DNA from: an uncultured Candidatus Poseidoniales archaeon
GTDB taxonomy: Archaea > Thermoplasmatota > Poseidoniia > Poseidoniales > CAYMED01
Assembly: GCA_964389655.1 (NCBI GenBank)
Contig: CAYMED010000009.1
Coordinates: 19,531 to 83,530 of the forward strand
DNA: 64,000 nucleotides
Direction: 5' to 3'
Positions 38,522 to 48,934 of the stretch are shown one piece after another. Each line of letters opens with the position of its first letter. Positions within the stretch are counted from its first letter, which is position 1. The notes under the pieces are model-generated. The model was not told the origin of the DNA. It ran no database searches and saw only the letters and a list, made by a program, of their open reading frames with translations. Both the position numbers and the translations under genes were made by a program.

Positions 38522-39685
38522 TTGCCTGAAAATTGGCCACTGGCCGGCTCACCAGATCGAGGCGTGGACCTACATGGAGTTGGTTATATTGACTGGTATA
38601 TCCCAAAAATGAGGGAAAAAAGGGATCACGACCTCTCAAAATCAGGTCTACCATATGATTGGGCTCTCCACGAAAGTGCTGATTCAAGCAAAATGCTAGC
38701 AATGGCATGGGCAGGAGAGGATCCTCGTCAGTGGATTGCTGAAAGAGAACAGGTAAGTGTTGAGCAAGTCGCTCTTGCCCAAGGCGTCACCCAAGGAATT
38801 AGTCTAGCCATACTTGCAATGATGCCTCCTGCAGATGGTAGCCAGCGCTCTTCGCGAATTGCTGTTGAAATGCCAGCATATGGGCCTACGGTTCATGCAC
38901 CGCGTTTGTTAGGTCTTGAAGCAGTCCCTTTTGATCGCATGCCGGAAGATCTGGATGGTGCAGAAGCGATGAACGAGCCGTGGTTATTGGATCGCGGGCA
39001 GTTATCTAAAATTCTCCCCACCGTTGGAGCACTAGTCCTAACACCCGTTCTGAACCCAACCGGATGGGGATTGACGAAAGACGACCAGGAATGGCTTGTA
39101 GCAGCATGCGCTGCCGAAAATGTTGGGATTATCAGTGATGAAGTATACCTTGATATTTCACGAGGATACGAATCATATCGACCTTTTCACCGAGAAGGGG
39201 CTCATTGTGCCTCGATCAATTCACTGACCAAGTGCTATGGACTTGGAGCACTTCGCTTTGGCTGGGTTATTGCTAGCCCCGAACGAGCAGCAGCAGCACG
39301 ACGAGCACTACAAAGCATCCAAGGAGAAATTGCGACACCTTCGATAATTCTCGCTAAATGTGCTTGGCCACATCTAGATCGAGTACTCATAGAAGCGAGA
39401 AAGAGACATTACGAGAATACAGCCACTCTAGGCATATTACTGAAAAAACACGGGTATTCATGGACACCACCACCAGATGCACTTTTTGGTGCGATTCGCT
39501 TACCAGATTTAGCTAATTCATTTGAGATCATGGACATGCAAGCACGAGACCTAGGAATACTTGCAGTACCAGGAGATATGTTTCATCCTAAATTGGGCAA
39601 TTGGATGCGGATTTCATGGACTGCCCCCCCTGATGAATTCAAAAAATCAATCCCAAATCTAGATATTCTTCTTCAGAACCTTTGA
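38522..39685 (+). CDS. PLP-dependent aminotransferase class I/II
   Basis: NPTG, DEVY, SLTKCYGLGALRFGW. Confidence 0.88.
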   Translation: MPENWPLAGSPDRGVDLHGVGYIDWYIPKMREKRDHDLSKSGLPYDWALHESADSSKMLAMAWAGEDPRQWIAEREQVSVEQVALAQGVTQGISLAILAMMPPADGSQRSSRIAVEMPAYGPTVHAPRLLGLEAVPFDRMPEDLDGAEAMNEPWLLDRGQLSKILPTVGALVLTPVLNPTGWGLTKDDQEWLVAACAAENVGIISDEVYLDISRGYESYRPFHREGAHCASINSLTKCYGLGALRFGWVIASPERAAAARRALQSIQGEIATPSIILAKCAWPHLDRVLIEARKRHYENTATLGILLKKHGYSWTPPPDALFGAIRLPDLANSFEIMDMQARDLGILAVPGDMFHPKLGNWMRISWTAPPDEFKKSIPNLDILLQNL

Positions 39686-39711
39686 CTTAATATTTCATAT
39701 CATAATCCCAA

Positions 39712-40323
39712 GTGGCAACAAAAGAACGGGAGAAATGGATCATGCGCGAACTGGTAGTGGTCATCTCTGGAGCATCAGGCGCCCCATATGGTATTCGGCT
39801 TCTTGAGGCCCTAGCAACTCAAAACATTACAACACGACTTATCGTTACTTCTGCTGGAAGACTAACTTTAGAGCATGAGTGCGCCGTAAACCCCGAGGCA
39901 CTTGCTGAGCGATTAGGCATCAAATTAGAGGACGAAAACAATATTGGAGCGCGATCAGCGAGTGGATCTGCAAAAATAGAAGCTGTCATAATTTGTCCAT
40001 GTTCGGGCACGACATTGGGTAAAATCGCGAGTGGCATCTCAGATAATTTGGCAACTCGTTCGGCCCTCGTAGCGCTCAAAGAGCGGCGAAAACTCATACT
40101 TGTCCCAAGAGAAGCACCCGTTGCAACCATTCACCTTGAACAGATGGCAAACTTAAGCAGAGATGGTGCAGTTATCCTACCTGCATCTCCTGGATTTTAT
40201 GGACGTCCAAAAACCGTTTCAGAGTTAGTAGACTTTGTTGTAGCACGTATTCTAGATCATCTCAATATTGGTCACACTCTTGGATCTCGCTGGACAGGGG
40301 ATGAAATCAAGACAAGTAAGTGA
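39712..40323 (+). CDS. ubiX: Flavin prenyltransferase
   Basis: SGASGA, ASGS, PCS..TL.KIA.G, LKERR, PREAP, PGFY. Confidence 0.93.
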   Translation: MATKEREKWIMRELVVVISGASGAPYGIRLLEALATQNITTRLIVTSAGRLTLEHECAVNPEALAERLGIKLEDENNIGARSASGSAKIEAVIICPCSGTTLGKIASGISDNLATRSALVALKERRKLILVPREAPVATIHLEQMANLSRDGAVILPASPGFYGRPKTVSELVDFVVARILDHLNIGHTLGSRWTGDEIKTSK

Positions 40324-40327
40324 ATAG

Positions 40328-41956
40328 TTGCACGTGATTAACATGCAAACGGAAGATTCCATCGGTGATGATGAAGTCAATTCTGATATGTCACCTATAG
40401 GTCACGTGATCGTAGTTCAAGAAGCAGGACGCTTGAAGGCCCTGATTTCTGCGACACCTCCTGCCCTTGTTGCAATACTCATGCTGACATCAGTCATAGG
40501 AACTGCAATTCTGGTCAGAGGGCCTCTAATGAGCCTCTTTGGACCAGATGATTACATTCTTATCGGCTATGATGACGGTCGTACGCGGGGGTTTGCAGAA
40601 GGACTTACATCAATCGGACCTCGTCTTTCAGGGAGCATTGGTGAAGAAATTGCTGTGCAAATGATTTTGGAAAATATGACTGCTGCTGGCCTACAAGAAG
40701 TTCATCAAGAAACATTTGCAGTTCCAATGTTCGCCATCATGAACGAACCTGAACTAAGTCTCTGCCGGCCCGGTGACTTTAGCCTACCCATTAATCGCTG
40801 CACAGGATCGGACTTTGGAAGAGAAATCACTGATTTCACCCATAAGATTGACTTCGTACTCCAAGGCTACAGTGGCTCTAGGGAAATCGCATTCAATGAG
40901 CGCATACCAATCATTGATTTGGAAGATGGAAGTGATGATAATTTATGGGAAGATGCACAAAATGGAATTGGTGTGCTATCCGGTGCCACTGGTGTTGGCA
41001 GTAACACAGTCAACTTTCAGCGCGCAATCGATGAAGAATTACAAGCACTTATTTTGGTCAATACCAATGTAAACTGCGGACAAGTAGAAACAGATGATTG
41101 TGTCCCCTTTTTCAAATCAGTAGGAGTATCAGACCTTACGCTCATTCCAGATGACATCGCCTTTATGATGGTATCAAATAATACTGGCACAGAAATCTTG
41201 GATTCAGCCTCTGAAGGCGGGTTTTTGAGCATGAACATCCAAGTTGACAATGGTGGGACGAGAGAAGTACGCGTGCCATGTGGAGTCATTCAAGGGAGCG
41301 GAGATGAACAAATCATCATTGGAGCACATCATGATACTGTCTACAATGGCCCGGGTGCAATAGATGACACCTCAGGAACATCATCAGTTCTCGAAATAGC
41401 ACATCAATTATCATCACTAACGGGTGAGTTAGGTATGCCTCAACGTACCCTCAAATTTTGTACATGGGGTGGAGAAGAAGAGGGATTGTGGGGATCACGC
41501 GCATGGGTAGAGAAACATTCCGAAGAATTACTCAGCAGTCTCCGCCTCTATATCAATTTAGACATGAACCATGTCGACATTGACCTAGCCGCTAGAGGAA
41601 ATCAGATCTCACTATTTGGAAATGACCAAAGAGACATTGACGCCATCAAAGAAATCACGGAAATGTATCAGCAAGAAAGGGCGGCCATTGCTTCAAAATA
41701 CAACATCTCGATTCAGCTATTGAGTAACGATAAAAATGCAGATGGCTCCATGCCATACAACAGCGATCATGGGCCGTTTGTCTATGACATCTCAGATGAC
41801 TATAACGGACGAGCACTTGTATGCTATGGGTCTGGATCTTGGGAATATCACACATACAAAGATGACATGTCTCGCTTTAACGAAGAATCACTGGGTGTCA
41901 GTAGTGTCATTTATGGGACCTACGCCCGACATCTAGCGTGGAATGGCGGAGAGTGA
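40328..41956 (+). CDS. M28-family Zn metallopeptidase, membrane anchored
   Basis: GAHHD, GAIDD.SG, GEEEGL, NLDM, SDH, YHT. Confidence 0.9.
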   Translation: MHVINMQTEDSIGDDEVNSDMSPIGHVIVVQEAGRLKALISATPPALVAILMLTSVIGTAILVRGPLMSLFGPDDYILIGYDDGRTRGFAEGLTSIGPRLSGSIGEEIAVQMILENMTAAGLQEVHQETFAVPMFAIMNEPELSLCRPGDFSLPINRCTGSDFGREITDFTHKIDFVLQGYSGSREIAFNERIPIIDLEDGSDDNLWEDAQNGIGVLSGATGVGSNTVNFQRAIDEELQALILVNTNVNCGQVETDDCVPFFKSVGVSDLTLIPDDIAFMMVSNNTGTEILDSASEGGFLSMNIQVDNGGTREVRVPCGVIQGSGDEQIIIGAHHDTVYNGPGAIDDTSGTSSVLEIAHQLSSLTGELGMPQRTLKFCTWGGEEEGLWGSRAWVEKHSEELLSSLRLYINLDMNHVDIDLAARGNQISLFGNDQRDIDAIKEITEMYQQERAAIASKYNISIQLLSNDKNADGSMPYNSDHGPFVYDISDDYNGRALVCYGSGSWEYHTYKDDMSRFNEESLGVSSVIYGTYARHLAWNGGE

Positions 41957-42031
41957 AAAAGCCAAATTACATCCATAAAATGGCCATGATATTGTGAGCC
42001 ATTATCGACCTTCACTGTTTCGGGACAAAAA

Positions 42032-42709
42032 ATGAGCAAGCATGTAGACGTACCAGTCATCGTTGAAGATGACGGGGCAGCTCGCCCACTTGGCGCTTAC
42101 ACAGAACCCGCACGGGCCGAGGAAAGTTTACGTCAGTATCTGAAACACCGCAATTCAAAACGCGTCGAAAGGGCCTCAATTAGCAGATGGGAACTCGATA
42201 ATGACGCTGCAGATTCGGGTCACCTTGTTGCAAACCTCAGCCGTGAAATTTGTCCACTTTGTGGGCGCTATGAGTTTTGGTGGGACCTCGTGCAAGAACA
42301 TGCAACTTGTTTAGGGACTTCATGCGGTGCGTGGTTCGGGAAAAGCAAGCACCAAGTGGATGTTCTCGAAGTAGGATGGGTTGCAGGGAAAAAGCGAAAG
42401 TCAGCAAAATCGGTTAACGGAGCGATCGCAACCCTTCGATCTTGGAGGCCCCCCGAATTAGGGGAGATTGCCCTAGTAAATGCTGAAGAAATCCTTCGCA
42501 GAAGAGCAGAATTACATGACCAACTCAGGCCAGATGAACCAGAAGAGAGTATTAGCGGCATGGATCAATCAGATATGTTGGGAGACGACAACTGGCTGGG
42601 ACATGAAAAAGCGGCCCCAAAGCCACTTTCAACGACCGGGCTATCACCCCCAAATCCAATCCCAATACCACTACCAAATCAAATGGGAAATGGCGATCAA
42701 ACTACTTAG
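42032..42709 (+). CDS. Hypothetical protein with Zn-ribbon
   Basis: CPLC...CLGTSC; TTATC promoter-like motif upstream. Confidence 0.65.
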   Translation: MSKHVDVPVIVEDDGAARPLGAYTEPARAEESLRQYLKHRNSKRVERASISRWELDNDAADSGHLVANLSREICPLCGRYEFWWDLVQEHATCLGTSCGAWFGKSKHQVDVLEVGWVAGKKRKSAKSVNGAIATLRSWRPPELGEIALVNAEEILRRRAELHDQLRPDEPEESISGMDQSDMLGDDNWLGHEKAAPKPLSTTGLSPPNPIPIPLPNQMGNGDQTT

Positions 42710-42720
42710 TTAGCAGGAAC

Positions 42721-44541
42721 TCACATTGACTCGGGGAATGCAATCCCTAATCCACCACAACCACGTGCGAGGGCATGCCTAGATATTTTTATCGCCAAAA
42801 GATAACCGGCATCAACGATCCCATCAGTAACAACTGGACAATCACGGTATACAGCATTGACATCTGAGGCCAAACCAAGGAGCCAAGTTGCATAAGCCTG
42901 AGGCCGATTCTCATCGGTTGATATCCGAAGTATGCGATCATGCAAGGAAAGTCGAAAAATTAGGGAACGAAGTGATTCAGGACCGTTAATTGCGGCCGAA
43001 ATGAATTTCTCAGATGCATCATCATTGAGTTCTGCTTGGATTTTAGCCACGCGGCGCTCGATTGCGCAACAGCGCGCGTGAGCGTACATGATGAACGGCG
43101 CCGAACCCCCATCAAAATTCAGTGCCTCTGACCACTGAAAAGTGAAGCCCTTTTCTGGTGCCACTCGAATAATGTTGAAGCGGACAGCAGAAGTCCCTAC
43201 ATCTTCGGCAATACGTAATTTTTCTTCAGGAGATAGATCGGGGCGATTTTTTGAGACAATTCCTGAAGCTAGTTCAACGGCCTCTTCAATTAGGTCATCC
43301 ATGTATACAACTCGACCCTGGCGCGTCGACATTTTTCCATCTGGCAATTTTATGAAGGCATAAAAAACGACCTCTGGCGCTTTTTCCCCAATTTCGCATA
43401 AGGCTTCAGCAACTTGCTTTGATTGCAAGCGATGATCCTCACCAAGCACATTTACCAATCTTCTACCTTGACTCCATTTCCACCGGTGGTAAGCAACATC
43501 TCGAGTCGCATACAAGCTGGATCCATCCCCTCTCTGGTAGTAAAACTTTGTTGATTCGCCAGCAATACCTCTTTCTGCAAGTTCGAGATAATACGCACCG
43601 TTTGCAGCGACTCCGTGAATCGGAGAAGCACTAAGCTCCTCAACAATCATGTCGACTGAACCATCCAAGATGAATCGTGATTCACGTGTTTTAGAGTCAT
43701 AGGTAATACGCAGGCGCTTAAGCGTGTCTAGCATCCCATCCAATACTGGAGAATAGGCTGATTCAAACAAACGAAGAACTTCCTCATCCCCCTCTTCAGA
43801 TTTTCGAACAAGTTCGCCAACAGCGTCTCCAATCGAAGGATCATGTTCGCTCAATATATTTGCCGCCTGATAATATAGAACGCGCTCGTGATCTTGCTTC
43901 CCCACCCACTTCTTAGGAGTTCCCGAGTCCCTTCCATTACCCTCAAGGACATCAGCCACATCTGTTGCACTGAGGTGTTCCATCGCCCAAGCAAGAATCC
44001 CAACCTGTTTCCCCATATCATCAACATAATACTCAGACCGAACTTGCCTCCCTAGCAACCTGTTAAGCCGAACGAGAGTATCTCCAAGTACGGCATTTCG
44101 AGCTCTTCCAACATGGAATGGCCCATTTGGATTCGCTGAAGTATGCTCAATAAGGAGGTCGACGCCCTCCTCACTGCTATCCCTAGAATGTATCGGGGCA
44201 CCCCCTACATCCTCAAAATAGGATTTGAGTAAAAACTTACTAAGCCATCCCCGATCGATGTTGAAATTCAAGAATCCGGAATCCGAATAGACTGAATCGA
44301 TGGATTCGGAAATCGAAGTACCCGCGATCGAGGCACAAACTTGTTCGGCCAGCAACGAGGAGATAGCGGCAGGTGGGGAACGGACTTCACTGGCAAATGC
44401 AAAGCAGGGGAGCGACAAATCAGCAGCCTGCTTTTCACCTGCTGGCCCAAAAGTGCGCACCCATGCAGCATTTCCCACACCTAAGGAAGATACGATAGGG
44501 CGGAGCACCTCAACAAGATCACCTACAAGTTCATCGATCAT
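42721..44541 (-). CDS. argS: Arginine--tRNA ligase
   Basis: EHTSANPNGPFHVG, KMSTR, MYAHAR, C-terminal ESM; start ATG 44541 or 44547. Confidence 0.96.
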   Translation of the reverse strand: MIDELVGDLVEVLRPIVSSLGVGNAAWVRTFGPAGEKQAADLSLPCFAFASEVRSPPAAISSLLAEQVCASIAGTSISESIDSVYSDSGFLNFNIDRGWLSKFLLKSYFEDVGGAPIHSRDSSEEGVDLLIEHTSANPNGPFHVGRARNAVLGDTLVRLNRLLGRQVRSEYYVDDMGKQVGILAWAMEHLSATDVADVLEGNGRDSGTPKKWVGKQDHERVLYYQAANILSEHDPSIGDAVGELVRKSEEGDEEVLRLFESAYSPVLDGMLDTLKRLRITYDSKTRESRFILDGSVDMIVEELSASPIHGVAANGAYYLELAERGIAGESTKFYYQRGDGSSLYATRDVAYHRWKWSQGRRLVNVLGEDHRLQSKQVAEALCEIGEKAPEVVFYAFIKLPDGKMSTRQGRVVYMDDLIEEAVELASGIVSKNRPDLSPEEKLRIAEDVGTSAVRFNIIRVAPEKGFTFQWSEALNFDGGSAPFIMYAHARCCAIERRVAKIQAELNDDASEKFISAAINGPESLRSLIFRLSLHDRILRISTDENRPQAYATWLLGLASDVNAVYRDCPVVTDGIVDAGYLLAIKISRHALARGCGGLGIAFPESM

Positions 44542-44551
44542 GATCATATCC

Positions 44552-45802
44552 TCATGCGATTGGGTAACGAAGCAGGGCTGCAATACCACCAAATCCAACA
44601 TTCAGTGTTGCACCCTCCTCCGTATCTACTGAAATTAGGCGAACTGAAGCGGATGTTTTAGCAGCAATGTGGGTAAGTTCGTTGATTAGATCATCCTGCT
44701 CCTTAATCGATTTTGTGTCATTCACGACCTCGCAAGTTGGACACGGGAATTCTGAAATCTTCGATTTTGGTTGCGATAAAGACCAGGAATGCTCGCATGA
44801 AGCACAGACCAGTTTCAACCTGAATTTTCTCAGTGCTTCTGAAACAAGAAGGGTTTCGACCGCTCCTTGGTCAAGGGCGGACCGGATTGTAGGCTCCCCA
44901 TACGTTGCCTTAGGATGCGAATTCATGATTTCACGTAGAAAAATAATCATGACTTTTCGCTCATCATCAAGGGCAATTTCATGCATCATGGTCCCAGCTT
45001 GATCGATTAATTCCCGGAGACCTGACTCATTGCTGTATCCCACATCAAACATCTTTTCTGCAATCCGTTTCTGAATCTCATGATGGAAAAAGTTCCCTTT
45101 CACGACCGATTCCTTGGTATATCCAGGACCACCAACAATAATTCCCTTGAGATCTTGTAACATAGGAAGCCAATAATCGCTAGCCCGCTCAGCGGACTTC
45201 TTGAAAAAAGCGTGTGCAGATTCTTCGATGAGGCGTTCAAAACGCTGAGCTGATTGCCCACCTCTTCCATGTTTAGAGGGAACTTGACTGTAGATGTGTT
45301 CCTGAACATGTAGGCGTTTTCCACTGGCCAGACCCCAAGCGGCTTCAGAGCGGTCTATGACAAACAACCCATATGCGGTTCGATCGATCAACATCTCTTC
45401 TAGTTGAGTCAATTCAAAGCGGTTATCGCACCTATAGCGGAATGAAGTGAATGGTTCAGGAGGATCAGTAACAACGATGCTTACCAAACGTGTTTTATTA
45501 TTTCCTACAATCACGTGGCCGACGAAAATTGCAATCCCATTCTCACCGGGTGTTTTATGGACATTAAGTGTCGAAATCGCTGATTCAATCGCATCGACCA
45601 CATGCTTCCGTGTCGACTTTGATTTGATATTCGTTGCTTGGCCCGCCTCATTTCCCAATTGGCTTCGAACGTCGTGTATTTGACGGTCAGGGGGGATCAC
45701 CACAGTGACCAATTCAGTACCCATACCACGTAGATCTTGTAATTCCTCAAGATACTGTTTGAGGCGCACCCGCCTCGCAGCCGTCTCAGTATCGTTAGAC
45801 AG
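44552..45802 (-). CDS. prf1: Archaeal peptide chain release factor aRF1 (proposed CTG start at 45802)
   Basis: NIKS, YRCDNRF and GGQS motifs; AGGAGG 7 nt upstream of CTG. Confidence 0.95.
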   Translation of the reverse strand: MSNDTETAARRVRLKQYLEELQDLRGMGTELVTVVIPPDRQIHDVRSQLGNEAGQATNIKSKSTRKHVVDAIESAISTLNVHKTPGENGIAIFVGHVIVGNNKTRLVSIVVTDPPEPFTSFRYRCDNRFELTQLEEMLIDRTAYGLFVIDRSEAAWGLASGKRLHVQEHIYSQVPSKHGRGGQSAQRFERLIEESAHAFFKKSAERASDYWLPMLQDLKGIIVGGPGYTKESVVKGNFFHHEIQKRIAEKMFDVGYSNESGLRELIDQAGTMMHEIALDDERKVMIIFLREIMNSHPKATYGEPTIRSALDQGAVETLLVSEALRKFRLKLVCASCEHSWSLSQPKSKISEFPCPTCEVVNDTKSIKEQDDLINELTHIAAKTSASVRLISVDTEEGATLNVGFGGIAALLRYPIA

Positions 45803-45867
45803 AGTACAGCCTCCTTTCTTTCAGGCCAATCACCGGACTTATCAACTCTATCGCTCGGACCAAACAT

Positions 45868-46575
45868 GTGCAACAAGTCAGGCCGGCAGTGATCGCACTC
45901 GGAGGATCAGTTCTCAAAGAGGCAGATCAGAGGCAAGAATGGCTGGATTTAATGGTAAAAGGACTTCTTGAGCGTGCAAGAAAAATTCCCATGGCCCTCG
46001 TAATCGGAGGTGGAGAACTTGCTAGACAAGCAATCAGCCTTGCCCGCGTAGGTACATCTGACAGTGACCTCCTTGATGAAATCGGAATTGGAGGAACACG
46101 CCTTAATGCCCTGATATTTTCTACTTGGCTAAAGAACGATCGCATCGAAGTAAGCAGCACCATACCACATTCAATTGAGAAGGCTGCAACACTTATTCAG
46201 AAAAATCGAATCGTCGTCATGGGAGGCACATATCCAGGACACACGACTGATGCAGTTGCAATCCGCCTCGCGTCCTTAATTCATGCACGACGCTGCATCA
46301 TCGCCACAAATGTATCCCATGTGTATAATGAAGACCCACGAGAAAATAATGATGCCCAGCCAATTGAAGCACTGAGCCACACTGAACTACGACAAATATG
46401 CGGGGATCCAGGACAACATGTACCCGGAGGACAAGGGGTCGTCGACGCAGTAGGTGCCGCTGCTGCCGCAGAAGCGGGGCTTGAACTAAGAATTCTTGAT
46501 GGCAGAGACCATACCCGACTTCTGAATGCGCTAGATGGTCAAGATTTCGAAGGAACACTTGTTACGGAGGGGTAG
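45868..46575 (+). CDS. pyrH: UMP kinase (archaeal type)
   Basis: LGGS, GGG, D..GI..TRLNA, PGHTTDAVA, DP. Confidence 0.93.
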   Translation: MQQVRPAVIALGGSVLKEADQRQEWLDLMVKGLLERARKIPMALVIGGGELARQAISLARVGTSDSDLLDEIGIGGTRLNALIFSTWLKNDRIEVSSTIPHSIEKAATLIQKNRIVVMGGTYPGHTTDAVAIRLASLIHARRCIIATNVSHVYNEDPRENNDAQPIEALSHTELRQICGDPGQHVPGGQGVVDAVGAAAAAEAGLELRILDGRDHTRLLNALDGQDFEGTLVTEG

Positions 46576-46577
46576 CA

Positions 46578-46856
46578 TTGGGTCAAGCGAGTGAAAAACT
46601 GAAGGCAGCCGTAAAGGATGATGAAAAGCGCCGGAAAAGACGTAGTTCGTCCTTCATTCAACCTCACAAGCATTGCATCATTTGCCGATTACCGATCCCA
46701 GAGACTAATGATCCCCAAATTTGTGGGAAGAAAAATTGTGAAGCAGGTTGGGAAAAAGAAAAGCGTACTAAGAAGCAACTCCGCATCTGGCTCTTCATTT
46801 TTGGAGCGATTTTTGTGTTCTCATTTGTTGGACCACTGATCATGAGCATGTCATAA
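46578..46856 (+). CDS. DUF2116-like Zn-ribbon membrane protein
   Basis: PHKHCIIC..PIP...C...C plus C-terminal TM; follows pyrH. Confidence 0.8.
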   Translation: MGQASEKLKAAVKDDEKRRKRRSSSFIQPHKHCIICRLPIPETNDPQICGKKNCEAGWEKEKRTKKQLRIWLFIFGAIFVFSFVGPLIMSMS

Positions 46857-46899
46857 AGTGCCACGAATCTTCATGTGGTGTATTCAACCCCGGGACATC

Positions 46900-47028
46900 A
46901 TGAACGGACGAGGACACCGCTGCAGATGCGGCGTCGCATTGGACATTGACGGCCTTTCCGCCTCAATCCGCCCATATTCCGTTTACTGCACAACCTGCGG
47001 CCATGTTAGCAAAATTAAGATTCAATAG
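46900..47028 (+). CDS. 42-aa putative Zn-finger microprotein (below ORF-track cutoff)
   Basis: MNGRGHRCRCGVALDIDGLSASIRPYSVYCTTCGHVSKIKIQ; CxCG...CxxCG. Confidence 0.65.
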   Translation: MNGRGHRCRCGVALDIDGLSASIRPYSVYCTTCGHVSKIKIQ

Positions 47029-47029
47029 G

Positions 47030-47713
47030 CTACAAAATGGGGCGCACTAGGACCCGCATGGCGAGCCCCAAATCGATGACCAACTTGTTTTCCCCGACCC
47101 ACCAATGACCATCCCTGCGAGATACAGAGACACCTGGAGACAAACCCAAGGAAACAAGGGCATCTTTCGCATCTAACAAAGCCATGATGGTCGCTTCGCT
47201 ATCATCCTTCATCGCAGTTAAGACGCAAACATGCGGGCTATCTGGCGAATAAGACAGATTGAGATCCTCAGCCATTGCCGGAATCGGCTTTCCCGAAGGA
47301 TCGCGATCAGGATGGCCAAGAAGTTCGGCTATCGTCCACTCAAGGTCTGCATTGATGGCATGCTCTAATCGGCACGCTGCCTCATGAATATCCCCCTGAA
47401 AACCAAGCACGTCCATGAGAAGACATTCAACAAGGCGGTGACGGCGCTTGACTTGTCTAGCAACGATAAGGCCATCATCGCTCATTGCCACGCCATGATA
47501 GGGGATATGATCGACCCAACCACGTTTGGCTAGACGCTGCACCATCCCGGTAACACTGGGAGGAGATATTCCCAAATGCTCGGCAAGTTGTTTGGTACGA
47601 ACTCTCTCCTTAGGATCACGTTCCCAAAAAGTATAGAGAGCTTCCATGAATTCTTCGGCCGCTTCCTCCATGAAGTGGCCTGAACCCATGAATTTGGGAA
47701 GAGGAAAGGGCAT
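47030..47713 (-). CDS. DtxR/MntR-family metal-dependent repressor
   Basis: HTH LAEHLGISPPSVTGMVQRL, RRHRLVE, ACRLEH, DPSGKPIP, FeoA-like tail. Confidence 0.92.
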   Translation of the reverse strand: MPFPLPKFMGSGHFMEEAAEEFMEALYTFWERDPKERVRTKQLAEHLGISPPSVTGMVQRLAKRGWVDHIPYHGVAMSDDGLIVARQVKRRHRLVECLLMDVLGFQGDIHEAACRLEHAINADLEWTIAELLGHPDRDPSGKPIPAMAEDLNLSYSPDSPHVCVLTAMKDDSEATIMALLDAKDALVSLGLSPGVSVSRRDGHWWVGENKLVIDLGLAMRVLVRPIL

Positions 47714-47727
47714 ATGAGATCATGTGT

Positions 47728-48867
47728 TCATTCTCTGCGCGGCCAATTGTCCGGTAATTCCCATGGATCTCCAACTTCAGGTTGTCCGATTTCCACAGTC
47801 AGTGCATAACGGAGCGATTCGACTCCAACCCCATCATGCACACTAACCGATGCAACTGAGCCATTCGGTCCTGAAATCGGTTCAAGTGTTTCTGGCGAGA
47901 CCCAAGATGATTCATCGCCCGACTGCAACCGGTCTTCGGCCACACGTGCCTCAGATGCTGCAAGCGACTTCCAAGCATCATCATCATCCCTCCAAAGGTC
48001 TGCTTTCGCCTCAACCACCCACACTGGAGTATCACCAAGCCAACTTCGTACATCGCTCAATATATCGACCTGTTCTCCGAAAGGAGTCCCACACGTCTCG
48101 CTAGGGTCCAAAATGAAGAGGGCAACATCACCAGTATGTGCAAGAGCAGCAATAGTTTGTCTTTCAATTTCATTGCGCTCATCTTCTGCTCGATCTAGGA
48201 GACCCGGCGTATCAATCATCTGGATCGAACGCCGGCGGTGGATAAGATGTCCAACGTGAATCCTCTGTGTTGTGAATGGGTACCCTGCCACCTCTGGTTG
48301 TGCTGATGATAGCGCACCGATTAGTGCTGATTTCCCGACATTAGGTGCACCAGCAACAACGACACACGGTTCATCGTCATCAACATGCGGCAAATCTGAA
48401 AGTATGCCATGCACTTTTCGAAGCCAAGCGAGGGCAGGAGAGATCTGATTGATGATGGATGCATATCGACCATACGCTGATCGACGCAATTGATGGATCT
48501 CTTCTAGGTCCTCGCTCTGTCTCAGTGAAAATAGGTGCTGACGAGCAATAGGCATGATACGGGCAGCGGCCCAATCAAGTGAGCCAAGATGAAGGCGATA
48601 TGAGTCCGAACCAACAGTTGCATCTAGCAAAGCTCGATCAAGATGGGACATTTGATCAAGGGATGGCCAGCCGCGAACCCAGCCCCGCAGGTCTCCCGAA
48701 AACACATCTGCTGCTGATTGAGTCATACGCAGCATCTGTGCACGTACTCGTTCATTCTTGGTCTGCCCTTCGCTTCGCTGTGCTGCTTTTTGTGCTCTCG
48801 TGAACGCGCGATCAAGGAGTTCTTCAGCCGTCAAAACCACCGGCACCCGCCGCAACCCCCGTCCCAT
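47728..48867 (-). CDS. NOG1-family GTP-binding protein
   Basis: GAPNVGKS, YPFTT, DTPGLLDR, RNEIE; start at MGRGLRRVP. Confidence 0.92.
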   Translation of the reverse strand: MGRGLRRVPVVLTAEELLDRAFTRAQKAAQRSEGQTKNERVRAQMLRMTQSAADVFSGDLRGWVRGWPSLDQMSHLDRALLDATVGSDSYRLHLGSLDWAAARIMPIARQHLFSLRQSEDLEEIHQLRRSAYGRYASIINQISPALAWLRKVHGILSDLPHVDDDEPCVVVAGAPNVGKSALIGALSSAQPEVAGYPFTTQRIHVGHLIHRRRSIQMIDTPGLLDRAEDERNEIERQTIAALAHTGDVALFILDPSETCGTPFGEQVDILSDVRSWLGDTPVWVVEAKADLWRDDDDAWKSLAASEARVAEDRLQSGDESSWVSPETLEPISGPNGSVASVSVHDGVGVESLRYALTVEIGQPEVGDPWELPDNWPRRE

Positions 48868-48934
48868 ATCGAACCACTTGCTGTGCCAACGTCTGGGAGG
48901 CAGGGTTTTCATGCTGGCGCTGCATGCCGGCTCC

